From sequence record SRR22947725_802: 41,334 nucleotides of DNA, one strand, 5' to 3'. How positions within the stretch are numbered: position 1 is the first letter of the stretch; each line of letters starts with the position of its first letter. A model generated the notes under the pieces. That model saw only the letters and a program-made list of their open reading frames with translations. It was not told where the DNA came from and did not search any database. This document shows, piece by piece, positions 29,838 through 39,429 of this stretch. Position numbers and translations under genes: made by a program.

Positions 29838-31214
29838 ATGAAGGTAATTATATGTGGGGCAGGGCAAGTTGGATGGCAAATAGCTCGACACTTATCTTCA
29901 GAAAAAAATGATGTTACTGTCGTTGATAACAATTCAGAATTAGTTTCGCGTGCTGTTGATACGTTAGATGTCAATGGTATTGCTGGAAATGCATCATATC
30001 CGGATGTATTAGCCATGGCTGGTGCAGCAGATGCAGATATGATTATTGCAGCAACATATTCTGATGAAGTAAATATGGTTACATGCCAAGTCGCTCATTC
30101 AGTTTTTAAAATTCCTAGAAAAATTGCTCGATTGCGTGGGCAATCTTATTTAGATGCAATCTATTCTGACTTATATCAAAGAGATCATTTGCCAATTGAT
30201 GTTGTTATATCTCCAGAAAAAGAGGTTGCGATACAAGCGCTTAGGCAGCTAAGGTCACCTGCTACTTTTGATACGGAACCATTTATGGAGGGAAAAGTTG
30301 AATTATTGGGTTTAACTTTAACTCAAGAATGCAACGTACTAAATACATCACTTCGACAATTGAGTGAGCTTTTCCCAAATTTGAGAGCAAATGTAGTAGC
30401 GATCAGACGAAATGGAATTTTAATAGTTCCAGATAGTCAGGAACAACTAATTATAGACGACCAGGTTTATGTTTGTACCAATGCTGATGATAAGGAGAGA
30501 TGTTTAGAAATATTTGGCAAAACTAACAAAAAGCAAGATCGTGTCATTATAATAGGGGGTGGCAATGTTGGCTTAATGGTTGCTAAATCATTAGAAAATA
30601 ATGCTGTTAAAATACACTCTAAAATAATTGAAGCAAATAGAGATTGTGCTGAGCGTATTGCTGATCAATTAGAGCGAACAATTGTTTTACATGGTGATGG
30701 CTTAGATATGGAGCTTTTAGAGGAAGCAAATATATCAAAAACAGATACAGTACTGGCTGTTACAGACGATGATAAAACAAACTTACTTGCATGTGCTAGA
30801 GCTAAATCACTTGGATGTCCTATGGTTGTGGCATTAATAAATGACCCAACATTGACTACTCTTATGGGGCCATTAAACATCGATGCGTCAGTTAATCCTC
30901 GCGCTACAACTGTATCTTCAATTTTGCGTCATGTTCGACATGGGCGTGTAAGAGCTGTTTATTCTATCGGCGATGCTGAAGCTGAAGTTATCGAAGCTCA
31001 AGTTATGTCTACTTCACCAATTGTGGGTTCACTAATTAGAGATGTGGAGTGGCCAGATGGTTCAATAATTGGTGCTATCCAAAAAAATAGCAAAGTTTAT
31101 AGGCCGGAAGGTAATACAAAAATCGAAGAAGGAGATATTGTTGTGATATTTACTTTATCACAAGATGTTTCTGAGGTTGAGAGACTATTTCAAGTAAATA
31201 TTGATTTTTTCTGA
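29838..31214 (+). CDS. trkA: Trk potassium uptake regulatory subunit
   Basis: Two RCK units with GAGQVG and GGGNVG, DEVNM, DDKTN. Confidence 0.97.
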   Translation: MKVIICGAGQVGWQIARHLSSEKNDVTVVDNNSELVSRAVDTLDVNGIAGNASYPDVLAMAGAADADMIIAATYSDEVNMVTCQVAHSVFKIPRKIARLRGQSYLDAIYSDLYQRDHLPIDVVISPEKEVAIQALRQLRSPATFDTEPFMEGKVELLGLTLTQECNVLNTSLRQLSELFPNLRANVVAIRRNGILIVPDSQEQLIIDDQVYVCTNADDKERCLEIFGKTNKKQDRVIIIGGGNVGLMVAKSLENNAVKIHSKIIEANRDCAERIADQLERTIVLHGDGLDMELLEEANISKTDTVLAVTDDDKTNLLACARAKSLGCPMVVALINDPTLTTLMGPLNIDASVNPRATTVSSILRHVRHGRVRAVYSIGDAEAEVIEAQVMSTSPIVGSLIRDVEWPDGSIIGAIQKNSKVYRPEGNTKIEEGDIVVIFTLSQDVSEVERLFQVNIDFF

Positions 31215-31216
31215 TA

Positions 31217-32725
31217 ATGTTAGCGTTAAGAAATCAACCATTGTTTGTACTATTACTTGGTATAACTTCATTGTTAATGTATGTTCCTGTCCTATTTTCA
31301 ATAAGGCTAGATCAGTGGCTTTATGCGAGAACTTTTTTTTATCATGGAACCTTCTTTCTAATTATTACTACGTTTTTAGGGATTGCATTTTCTTCTCAAA
31401 AATTACGCAAGAAAATAGTTCAAAATATATTTGATTTATTTTGTTGTTTTGTTTTTTTGCCAATATTTATGGCCATGCCTTTGAATTATTTAATAACAAA
31501 TATAAATTTTTTTGATGCATATTTTGAAATGCTATCATCCTTTACGACAACTGGTGCATCAATTTTTGATTTTGATGATAGAGTGCCTGATGTACTGCAC
31601 TTATGGCGTGCTTTAATTTCCTGGGTTGGCGGGTTATTAATGCTGGTAGCTGCTTTAGCAATATTTCAACCTGCTGGCTTAGGTGGGTTTGATGTATACA
31701 CAAGAAAGAATAATTCAGATAATTTAAAAATTCAAATAAAGCGAGTTGATATAAGATCAAGAATAATCAAATACAGTATATTAATTTCTCCAATATATTT
31801 TCTTTTAACTATTGTAATGAGTATACTTTTAATCATGAGTGGAGATCGACCGCTTGTCGCAGTTATTCATTCTATGAGTACTTTTTCTACAAGTGGAATT
31901 AGTAATGTAGGTGGTATCCAAGGTGCAAATTCTGGTGCATCAGGTGAGTTTATAATTGTGCTTTTTTTAATATTTTCAATATCACGTTTTATGTACCAAC
32001 AAGATTCTGATGGAAAAGGATACCGCAGGCTAAAGCGAGACAAAGAAGTAAATATAATGCTAATATTATTATTAATAATTCCGTCATTATTATTTATAAG
32101 ACATTGGTTTGGAATAATTGAAATCTCTGAAAAGTTTGATTTTCAATCAGGATTATCAGCCTTTTGGGGAGGAGTCTTCATGGTTATGTCTTTCCTGACC
32201 ACTACAGGCTTTGAAAGTGAATATTGGGGCTCTTCACAAGCATGGTCAGGCTTAAAAACACCTGGATTGATTTTAATGGGACTGTGTGTACTTGGTGGTG
32301 GTATAGCTACAACAGCGGGTGGCGTTAAGTTGCTAAGAGTATATGTTCTTTACAAGCATGGTGTAAGAGAAATGACTCGATTAAGCTATCCTCATTCAGT
32401 TGCAGGGGCGGGTGAAAAAGCAAGAAATTTTCGTAGGGAAGGCGCCTATGCTGCTTGGATATTTTTTATGTTATTTCTTGTAAGTTTGGCTATAATTATA
32501 CTCAGTTTTTCTGCCACTGGAATAAAGTTTGAACATAGTTTAATACTTGCAATATCTGGATTATCAACAACTGGCCCGCTGATTTATGTTGCTGGTGATG
32601 GATCATTGGATTATTCAACGATTTCTCTAACAGCAAAATCAATTTTTTGTGTTGCAATGGTACTGGGACGATTAGAAGCTTTAGCCGTCATTGCATTATT
32701 TAATCCAAACTATTGGCTAAAATAA
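31217..32725 (+). CDS. trkH: TrkH-family potassium uptake membrane protein
   Basis: Four pore loops (TTTGA, STSGI, TTTGF, STTGP), TAGGVK loop, GRLE. Confidence 0.9.
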   Translation: MLALRNQPLFVLLLGITSLLMYVPVLFSIRLDQWLYARTFFYHGTFFLIITTFLGIAFSSQKLRKKIVQNIFDLFCCFVFLPIFMAMPLNYLITNINFFDAYFEMLSSFTTTGASIFDFDDRVPDVLHLWRALISWVGGLLMLVAALAIFQPAGLGGFDVYTRKNNSDNLKIQIKRVDIRSRIIKYSILISPIYFLLTIVMSILLIMSGDRPLVAVIHSMSTFSTSGISNVGGIQGANSGASGEFIIVLFLIFSISRFMYQQDSDGKGYRRLKRDKEVNIMLILLLIIPSLLFIRHWFGIIEISEKFDFQSGLSAFWGGVFMVMSFLTTTGFESEYWGSSQAWSGLKTPGLILMGLCVLGGGIATTAGGVKLLRVYVLYKHGVREMTRLSYPHSVAGAGEKARNFRREGAYAAWIFFMLFLVSLAIIILSFSATGIKFEHSLILAISGLSTTGPLIYVAGDGSLDYSTISLTAKSIFCVAMVLGRLEALAVIALFNPNYWLK

Positions 32726-32742
32726 CTAATTTTGATTTTTTT

Positions 32743-32771
32743 TTGCAATTAATAAGGTTTTTTTGTACTAT
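32743..32771 (+). promoter_or_regulatory. Sigma70-type promoter of hfq-hflX
   Basis: TTGCAA-N17-TACTAT, near consensus. Confidence 0.65.
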
Positions 32772-32854
32772 TAGTAGAATAATTATAAAATATAGCTTTA
32801 CATATTATTCAGGCTCAACCATCAGTTAGAATAATTTTAAAAAGGGCAGTTGAA

Positions 32855-33100
32855 ATGGCTAATGATAATCGTAACTTACAAGACGCATTCTTAAACCATG
32901 TCCGAAAAGCAAAAATTTCTGTGACTATTTTTTTGATTAACGGTGTTAAATTACAGGGGAATATAAGCTGGTTTGATAACTTTTGTGTTCTTCTTAGACG
33001 AGATGGACAATCACAATTAGTTTACAAGCATGCAATCTCAACAATAATGCCAGCACAACCGGTTGTATTATATGATGGTGAAGAAGCACAATCGGAATAG
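32855..33100 (+). CDS. hfq: RNA chaperone Hfq
   Basis: [32 protein letters not shown]. Confidence 0.99.
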   Translation: MANDNRNLQDAFLNHVRKAKISVTIFLINGVKLQGNISWFDNFCVLLRRDGQSQLVYKHAISTIMPAQPVVLYDGEEAQSE

Positions 33101-33103
33101 AAC

Positions 33104-34357
33104 ATGCATGTAAGTGTACTACACCCAAATTTATTAAATCCTAATAAACGACGCACGCCAGAACATTCTTTGGAAGAGGCTGTTTCGTTAGCTAATGCTT
33201 TGGATATTGAAATACTACATGAAGCCGTTATTCCACTAAAAAAACCTAATGCTGGTACACTTTTTGGGTCGGGTAAATTATTAGAATTATCTCAAATTTT
33301 TAAAAGTAATGACATTGATTTGGTAATAATTGATGGACCACTTACTCCAATTCAACAAAGAAATCTTGAAAAAGAATGGAACTTAAAGGTTTTAGATCGA
33401 ACAGGTTTAATCTTGGAAATATTCGGTGACAGAGCGCAAACACGAGAAGGTGTACTTCAAGTTGATTTAGCTGCTCTGAATTATCAGCGATCTCGTTTAG
33501 TTCGAACGTGGACACACCTTGAGAGACAACGTGGTGGATTAAGCTTTATTGGTGGTGCTGGTGAAACACAAATTGAAAGTGACAGAAGGCAAATTGATGA
33601 CGCTATTTTAAGGTTGAAAAAACAATTGGAAAAAGTTGTAAAAACACGTGAATTACATAGGTCTGCAAGAAAGAAAATACCTTATCCGATTGTAGCGCTT
33701 GTTGGATATACAAATGCTGGTAAATCAACATTATTTAATTATATGACAGGTGCTAAAGTTTTTGCAAAGGATATGTTATTTGCAACGTTAGATCCAACTA
33801 TGAGGGAGGTCGAGCTTCCTTCAGGACAAAAGATAATTTTATCTGATACTGTAGGATTTATTTCTGAACTACCTACACAGTTAATTGCTGCTTTTAGGGC
33901 AACTTTAGAAGAAGTTTTGGATGCTAATCTTATACTCCATGTGAGAGATATTTCACATCCTGAAACTGAAGCTCAAGCTAATGATGTTAATGATATTTTA
34001 GAAGAATTGGATGTATCAGATAATACTAAATCTAGTATATTAGAAGTATGGAATAAAACGGATTTATTATCAAATGATGAACTTATAAATGCAAAGAATA
34101 TATCAGACAGATCAGAAAAAATAAGAACAGTTTCGGCATTAACTGGGGATGGATTAAGCGTACTTTTATCAGAAATTGATGAAACCCTTAAAGAAATAAC
34201 AGTATCTGATGTTGTTAAGCTAGCATTAACTGAAGGTGGAAGAAGGGCCTGGTTATATAAAAATAATTTAGTAAAAAATGAAGTGTCTAATGAAAATTTT
34301 ATAGAACTTTCTGTAACATGGACACCTAAGCAAGCGGCTCAATTTTTAAAGGTTTAA
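33104..34357 (+). CDS. hflX: Ribosome-splitting GTPase HflX
   Basis: QQRNLE, HLERQRGG, GYTNAGKST, LFATLD, DTVGF, NKTD. Confidence 0.98.
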   Translation: MHVSVLHPNLLNPNKRRTPEHSLEEAVSLANALDIEILHEAVIPLKKPNAGTLFGSGKLLELSQIFKSNDIDLVIIDGPLTPIQQRNLEKEWNLKVLDRTGLILEIFGDRAQTREGVLQVDLAALNYQRSRLVRTWTHLERQRGGLSFIGGAGETQIESDRRQIDDAILRLKKQLEKVVKTRELHRSARKKIPYPIVALVGYTNAGKSTLFNYMTGAKVFAKDMLFATLDPTMREVELPSGQKIILSDTVGFISELPTQLIAAFRATLEEVLDANLILHVRDISHPETEAQANDVNDILEELDVSDNTKSSILEVWNKTDLLSNDELINAKNISDRSEKIRTVSALTGDGLSVLLSEIDETLKEITVSDVVKLALTEGGRRAWLYKNNLVKNEVSNENFIELSVTWTPKQAAQFLKV

Positions 34358-34362
34358 ACTTT

Positions 34363-36819
34363 TTATTTTTGTTTAAGTAGCACAGAGCCCAATGAACCTG
34401 CACGAGCTAATTTTGGATCAAGAACCATTGGTATATATTCTCCACGCTTCCATAGATTAGCTAAGTTATCATATTGATTTGATAATAGATGACCTGATTG
34501 ACCTGTTGATATAATAAATAATGAACTTTCTAAATCAGAAAAATCCACTATCATTCTAAAACCTGCGGCATGTACATTTTCAAATGGATTTTTACCATGA
34601 TTTTTTGTTTTTGCTCTCATTAAAGTATTATCACCACCAGAAGTTGTTTGTCTTATATTTGACATCCAATTAATTACTGGAATTGATCCAAATATTTTGT
34701 GCTTATGGTTGGCAATATGTGCTTCACCCCATTGCCAATTCTCCAAACTATCACCATAAATTTTTGAAAGTTCCTCTATTGATGCAATTAAAGATTGCAA
34801 GGCAATTTCGTTGCACGTTTCGATTTTTGAAGATGGAATTATATCACACCAAATTGATGCATCATCTATGTTCCGTAAAACTCTTTCTAAAAATACTGGA
34901 TCAACCTCTTTAAACTTTTGCGAAAGAGGCCCCAGCTCATCACGAATTATAAATTTTTGGAAATTAGACACCCAAGAAGTATAAATCAGGGGTTCAGGCA
35001 TATGTTCATTCATCTCACCATTCCAGTTCGCAAGCAAATTAAGCGCTTCGGATGCTAAAGTATGAGATTTAGATTTTTCCTGCAATTTGTTTGTATACCA
35101 AAGCTCCTTCGCAATTAATGGCAAAATTGTTCTTGCAGCATCTGATATAGTATCTAATTGTGCTTCAATAAAGCTGTCCCTTGTATGTATTTCTCTTTCA
35201 TTCATAAGTTTGGATAAACGCTTTATTCTAAAATTATCACCCCATCTATGTGATATGTGATTTGGAAATTTTTTATCTGTGGTTTTATTGTTTGTATTGG
35301 CAACAAGCCCATTCTTTGGGTTCATCGTGCCTGGGTTTTCCTGATAACTGTAATACCCATTCCAGTGATTTCTTTTCAGCCAACCTTGAGATGGTATTCT
35401 GCCTTCTCCAAAATGATTAGTGTTTCTTTTAGGAATTTTACCTATTACTTTCAAAGATATATTATCTTTATCAGCAAGAACCATATTATAAACTGGAGAA
35501 ACATAATCGTTAAATTGCGCTTGGGCTGATTCCAAGTCCTTTTTTGTCATCATATGAAATAGTGAACTATAAGATTTATCGAAAGTTTCTAATGCTGTTG
35601 ATTTGATACTAGCAACATTGTTTTGTGGCATTATTTGGTTAATATCAAAAAAATTATTAGGTATAACAGGTCTATTATCTGCCCAAAGTAGATTTATAGT
35701 TTTACTTTTTGAACCATGAATTTTTATTATTTCTTTATTCGTATTAAATGGTACAAAACTATCTCCCACTTTATATTGTTGTTTGTTTGATGGATTTAAT
35801 TGTTCTATATAGATATCTGTATCATCTCCATTTCCAGCAGAAAATCCCCAGGCGAGATATTTTGATCGACCAGACATAATTAAGGGTAGACCAGGTATTG
35901 AAGCGCCGATAATTCCACCACTTTTTAATTCTAGTCTTGCTAGTGACCAATATCCTGGCGCGGATAGGCTATTATGAGGATCTGCTGCTAACAAGCTAGA
36001 TTTACTTGTAGTTCGTTTGGGATGTGCTGCCCATACATTTGACGCAGGAATGTTTTTAAATTGTCCTAAGCTATCGTATTGATGTCTTTTAGATATGTCA
36101 CTTAGCATGATCTTACTAGGATTTATTATATCGCTAAATTTTTGCAATGAATTATTTTGATAACCTGGGTCATCCGGTAATATATCTTTCGTTTTTTTAT
36201 TACCTATCAATAAAGAAACTTGTGCACGTAAAATTTCAGAGTCTAGATGATCACTAGATTTTATAGCCATAAGTTTAAGTATTGCTAAGCTATCAACAGG
36301 AGACCAAGGTTCTATTTCAGGCTTGAATAAAAAGAACTCCGGCGCACCGCGGCCTAAAGCTTTTTTATTAAGTATTTTAAGCCATGCATTAATACCATTC
36401 GAATAAGAGACCAGAGCGCTGGTTGCTTCTTTGGTTTGATATTGTAATGATAATGCAGCAATATCATAGATACCTAATCGCCTAATAAATTCATCTGACT
36501 TAACCGTTTCTTCACCAAAAATTTCTGAAAGACGGCCTTGAGCAGTTCGTCTCGTCAGCATCATTTGCCATAATCTATCTTGCGCATGAGAAAAACCTAA
36601 TCCAAAATAAACATCATCATTTGAAGATCCAAATATATGAGGTACACCCTTATTGTCTCTTACGATTTCTATGTCTTCAATTTTATTTTCTATTAGATAA
36701 GAAGTGTTATAGTCTGGTATTGATTGAATGGAAAAATAATATACTAAAATCAATATGCTAAGAAATAATGCAGAAAGTAATAAAAATACTCTAAATAGCC
36801 ATTTAAATGTTTTAAGCAT
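34363..36819 (-). CDS. Penicillin acylase family Ntn-hydrolase (S45)
   Basis: N-terminal TM, RDNKGVPHI, HAQDRLWQM, catalytic SNVW (Ser codon 36042-36040), LLAADPH, TGQSGH. Confidence 0.92.
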   Translation of the reverse strand: MLKTFKWLFRVFLLLSALFLSILILVYYFSIQSIPDYNTSYLIENKIEDIEIVRDNKGVPHIFGSSNDDVYFGLGFSHAQDRLWQMMLTRRTAQGRLSEIFGEETVKSDEFIRRLGIYDIAALSLQYQTKEATSALVSYSNGINAWLKILNKKALGRGAPEFFLFKPEIEPWSPVDSLAILKLMAIKSSDHLDSEILRAQVSLLIGNKKTKDILPDDPGYQNNSLQKFSDIINPSKIMLSDISKRHQYDSLGQFKNIPASNVWAAHPKRTTSKSSLLAADPHNSLSAPGYWSLARLELKSGGIIGASIPGLPLIMSGRSKYLAWGFSAGNGDDTDIYIEQLNPSNKQQYKVGDSFVPFNTNKEIIKIHGSKSKTINLLWADNRPVIPNNFFDINQIMPQNNVASIKSTALETFDKSYSSLFHMMTKKDLESAQAQFNDYVSPVYNMVLADKDNISLKVIGKIPKRNTNHFGEGRIPSQGWLKRNHWNGYYSYQENPGTMNPKNGLVANTNNKTTDKKFPNHISHRWGDNFRIKRLSKLMNEREIHTRDSFIEAQLDTISDAARTILPLIAKELWYTNKLQEKSKSHTLASEALNLLANWNGEMNEHMPEPLIYTSWVSNFQKFIIRDELGPLSQKFKEVDPVFLERVLRNIDDASIWCDIIPSSKIETCNEIALQSLIASIEELSKIYGDSLENWQWGEAHIANHKHKIFGSIPVINWMSNIRQTTSGGDNTLMRAKTKNHGKNPFENVHAAGFRMIVDFSDLESSLFIISTGQSGHLLSNQYDNLANLWKRGEYIPMVLDPKLARAGSLGSVLLKQK

Positions 36820-36840
36820 AAATCTATTCCATTTTGACTA

Positions 36841-36869
36841 TGATTATCAGGCGTTTTGTTTATGAGCAA
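36841..36869 (-). promoter_or_regulatory. Putative sigma70 promoter of the acylase gene
   Basis: Minus strand TTGCTC-N17-TAATCA. Confidence 0.45.
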
Positions 36870-36937
36870 CTACAATGGCACTAGACTGATCATGCTAAGC
36901 TAATTAAATAGAATTATAGAAATATAAGGGGAATCTC

Positions 36938-37624
36938 TTGACTATAAAATTCGACCAAAATAGACCTTTGGTAATTGCACCATCAATACTTTCTGCTGAT
37001 TTTGCAAAGCTAGGTGATGAGATTACCAGTGTTGAGGCTGCAGGGGCTGATTGGATACACGTTGACCCTATGGATGGACACTTTGTCCCAAATCTAACAA
37101 TTGGGCCAAATGTTGTCGCCGCAATACGCCCATACGTTAAAACGGTAATGGATGTTCATCTTATGATATCTCCAGCAGATCCATATTTAGAGGCATTTGC
37201 CAAGGCTGGCTCTGATATTATTACTGTGCATGCAGAATCTACTCCACATCTTGACAGATCATTACAAGCTATTCGCTCTTACGGTTGCAAAGCTGGCGTA
37301 GCATTAAATATTACTACGCCACTTTCAGTTATCGAATATTGTTTAGATAAAATTGATTTAATATTAATTATGACAATTAATCCGGGTTTTGGTGGACAGA
37401 AATTTACATATTCTATGATCGATAAAATATTTGCTGCGAGGAAAATGATTGGTGATAGACCAATTTGGCTTGAGGTAGATGGTGGTGTTGATCCTGATAC
37501 TGCACCATTGTGTTGGAACGCTGGTGCAAATGTACTTGTTGCTGGTTCAGCAGTATTCAAAGATGGGGCACAAGAAAAATATCAAGATAATTTAAATGCC
37601 ATAAAGAACTCTTGTACTAAATAA
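36938..37624 (+). CDS. rpe: Ribulose-phosphate 3-epimerase
   Basis: [46 protein letters not shown] start after GGGGA. Confidence 0.97.
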   Translation: MTIKFDQNRPLVIAPSILSADFAKLGDEITSVEAAGADWIHVDPMDGHFVPNLTIGPNVVAAIRPYVKTVMDVHLMISPADPYLEAFAKAGSDIITVHAESTPHLDRSLQAIRSYGCKAGVALNITTPLSVIEYCLDKIDLILIMTINPGFGGQKFTYSMIDKIFAARKMIGDRPIWLEVDGGVDPDTAPLCWNAGANVLVAGSAVFKDGAQEKYQDNLNAIKNSCTK

Positions 37625-37629
37625 TTTCT

Positions 37630-38187
37630 TTAACGCACAATACGTGAGTACTTAGAGCCTTCTAAAGATATGCCAATATGCAAACCTTCTTGGCCAAATA
37701 TGACTCCATATACATCATCTGTGTAAGTATTGCTATCAATGTCTATTACATCACCTTGATCAATTAAAGTATAACCCAGATCAGCTCCAACTGTCCAACC
37801 ATCCTGTTGTCTAAAACGCGTGAGACTTCTTTCTGATGTAAAAAACATTGCAGATGAATATCTTTGAATGCCAAATTGCAAACCAAATGATGCAGAAGCA
37901 ATTGAATAATACTCAACTGGTGCTTTTCCAATAAGAAGTGCACCTTCACCATAAGATGTACCAAATCCAAAACCACCACGTCTTATTCTTGGCATCATTA
38001 GTATACCCGCAGAACTATCAATTAAATTTGAAAATCTGTTGCCTAAACTTTTTAGTTCTCTCATAGCTGTATCAACGCGACTATCAATGCGGCTTCGGCT
38101 TGCTGCTAGTGCTGGAGAAGTAATGCCTGTAGCTATTATTCCAGTTGTTGAGCCAATTATGAAAGATCTTCTTGATGATTTATGCAT
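37630..38187 (-). CDS. Tat-exported YSC84/SYLF-like protein
   Basis: SRRSFI twin-arginine signal ending in ALA; GTSYGEGAL, SASFGLQFG, GWTVGAD, SLEGSKY. SD AGGAG. Confidence 0.85.
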   Translation of the reverse strand: MHKSSRRSFIIGSTTGIIATGITSPALAASRSRIDSRVDTAMRELKSLGNRFSNLIDSSAGILMMPRIRRGGFGFGTSYGEGALLIGKAPVEYYSIASASFGLQFGIQRYSSAMFFTSERSLTRFRQQDGWTVGADLGYTLIDQGDVIDIDSNTYTDDVYGVIFGQEGLHIGISLEGSKYSRIVR

Positions 38188-38235
38188 ATAAATCTCCTGT
38201 AGTACTGCTTTTCACTCTTTGATGAATTTATTATA

Positions 38236-38264
38236 ATCATATATCAAACTTAATTCCATGTCAC
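38236..38264 (-). promoter_or_regulatory. Putative sigma70 promoter of the YSC84-like gene
   Basis: Minus strand GTGACA-N17-TATGAT. Confidence 0.5.
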
Positions 38265-38287
38265 CACCATAGATTATGTAAGAAATA

Positions 38288-39292
38288 TTATAATGGACTA
38301 TCTAATATTTCTGCAATTTTAATTGCATAATATGAAAGAATTCCTGCACAACCAGCTCGTTTAAATGAAAGTAATGACTCAAAAATAACTTTATCTCTAT
38401 CTATCCATCCATTTAATGCAGCTGCTTCTATCATGGCATATTCTCCAGATACTTGATAAGCAAAGCATGGAGCAGATATTTCTTTTGTGATACGTTGACA
38501 GACATCTAAATATGGCATTCCAGGTTTTACCATTACCATGTCAGCGCCCTCTGAAAGATCACGCTGAATCATTCTCAGAGCCTCATTTGTATTAGCTGGA
38601 TCTAATTGGTAGGTCTTTTTATCACCTTTTAGTGCGCCAGAGGCTCCAACAGCATCTCGGAAAGGGCCATAGTAAGAAGATGAAAATTTTGCAGAATATG
38701 CCATAATAGCAACATTTTGAAAATCATTAGATTCTAATGCAGATCTGATAATACCAATTCGGCCATCCATCATGTCTGAAGGTCCCAATATATTCGCTCC
38801 AGACTCAGCTTGAACGATAGCCTGTTTTTCCAGTGCCATTAATGTTTCATCATTTAATATTTCCCCATCTCGAAGTATTCCGTCATGACCATCTGAGTTA
38901 TATGGATCTAATGCAACGTCCAACATAATTCCTATGTCTGGTACTGCAGAACATATTGCTCTTGTAGCTCGGTTTACTAAGTTTTTTGGATTAAATGCTT
39001 CTGTACAGTCTTTATTTTTATCTTTTAAATCGGTGTAGGGAAATAATGCTATTGCAGGAATTCCAACATTTGCAGCATGATTTGCCACTTTTATGGCCAT
39101 ATCAATGCTTAATCTGTTCACGCCAGGCATGGATGGTATCGGATCAGTGACATTTTCTCCCTCACATATGAACATAGGGTAAATGAAATCATCTGGACTT
39201 ATTGTTGTCTCAGACACCATTCTTCGCATCCAATCTGATTGGCGAAGTCTTCTTGGGCGTGACATCGGAAATGGTGCTAATTGATTTTCCAT
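38288..39292 (-). CDS. hemB: Porphobilinogen synthase (ALA dehydratase)
   Basis: RPRRLR, DVALDPYNSDGHDG, PSDMMDGR, YSAKFSSSYYGPFRDA, MVKPG, YQVSGEY. Confidence 0.98.
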   Translation of the reverse strand: MENQLAPFPMSRPRRLRQSDWMRRMVSETTISPDDFIYPMFICEGENVTDPIPSMPGVNRLSIDMAIKVANHAANVGIPAIALFPYTDLKDKNKDCTEAFNPKNLVNRATRAICSAVPDIGIMLDVALDPYNSDGHDGILRDGEILNDETLMALEKQAIVQAESGANILGPSDMMDGRIGIIRSALESNDFQNVAIMAYSAKFSSSYYGPFRDAVGASGALKGDKKTYQLDPANTNEALRMIQRDLSEGADMVMVKPGMPYLDVCQRITKEISAPCFAYQVSGEYAMIEAAALNGWIDRDKVIFESLLSFKRAGCAGILSYYAIKIAEILDSPL

Positions 39293-39429
39293 TAAATTCT
39301 CTTTTCATTATTACCTTTCATTGATTTAGCCTTTATGAACAATAAAATCCAATCTTTTTAATGGATAAATATTAATGCTATATAAGTGTAGGGGTTGCAC
39401 ATAAATCTTGCCCAAGTTAAGCCAAATTT

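Noticed and set aside
36876-36895. Possible sigma54 promoter upstream of rpe (TGGCAC)
   Set aside because: The -12 TTGC is not at the required spacing (TGGCAC-tagac-TGAT).
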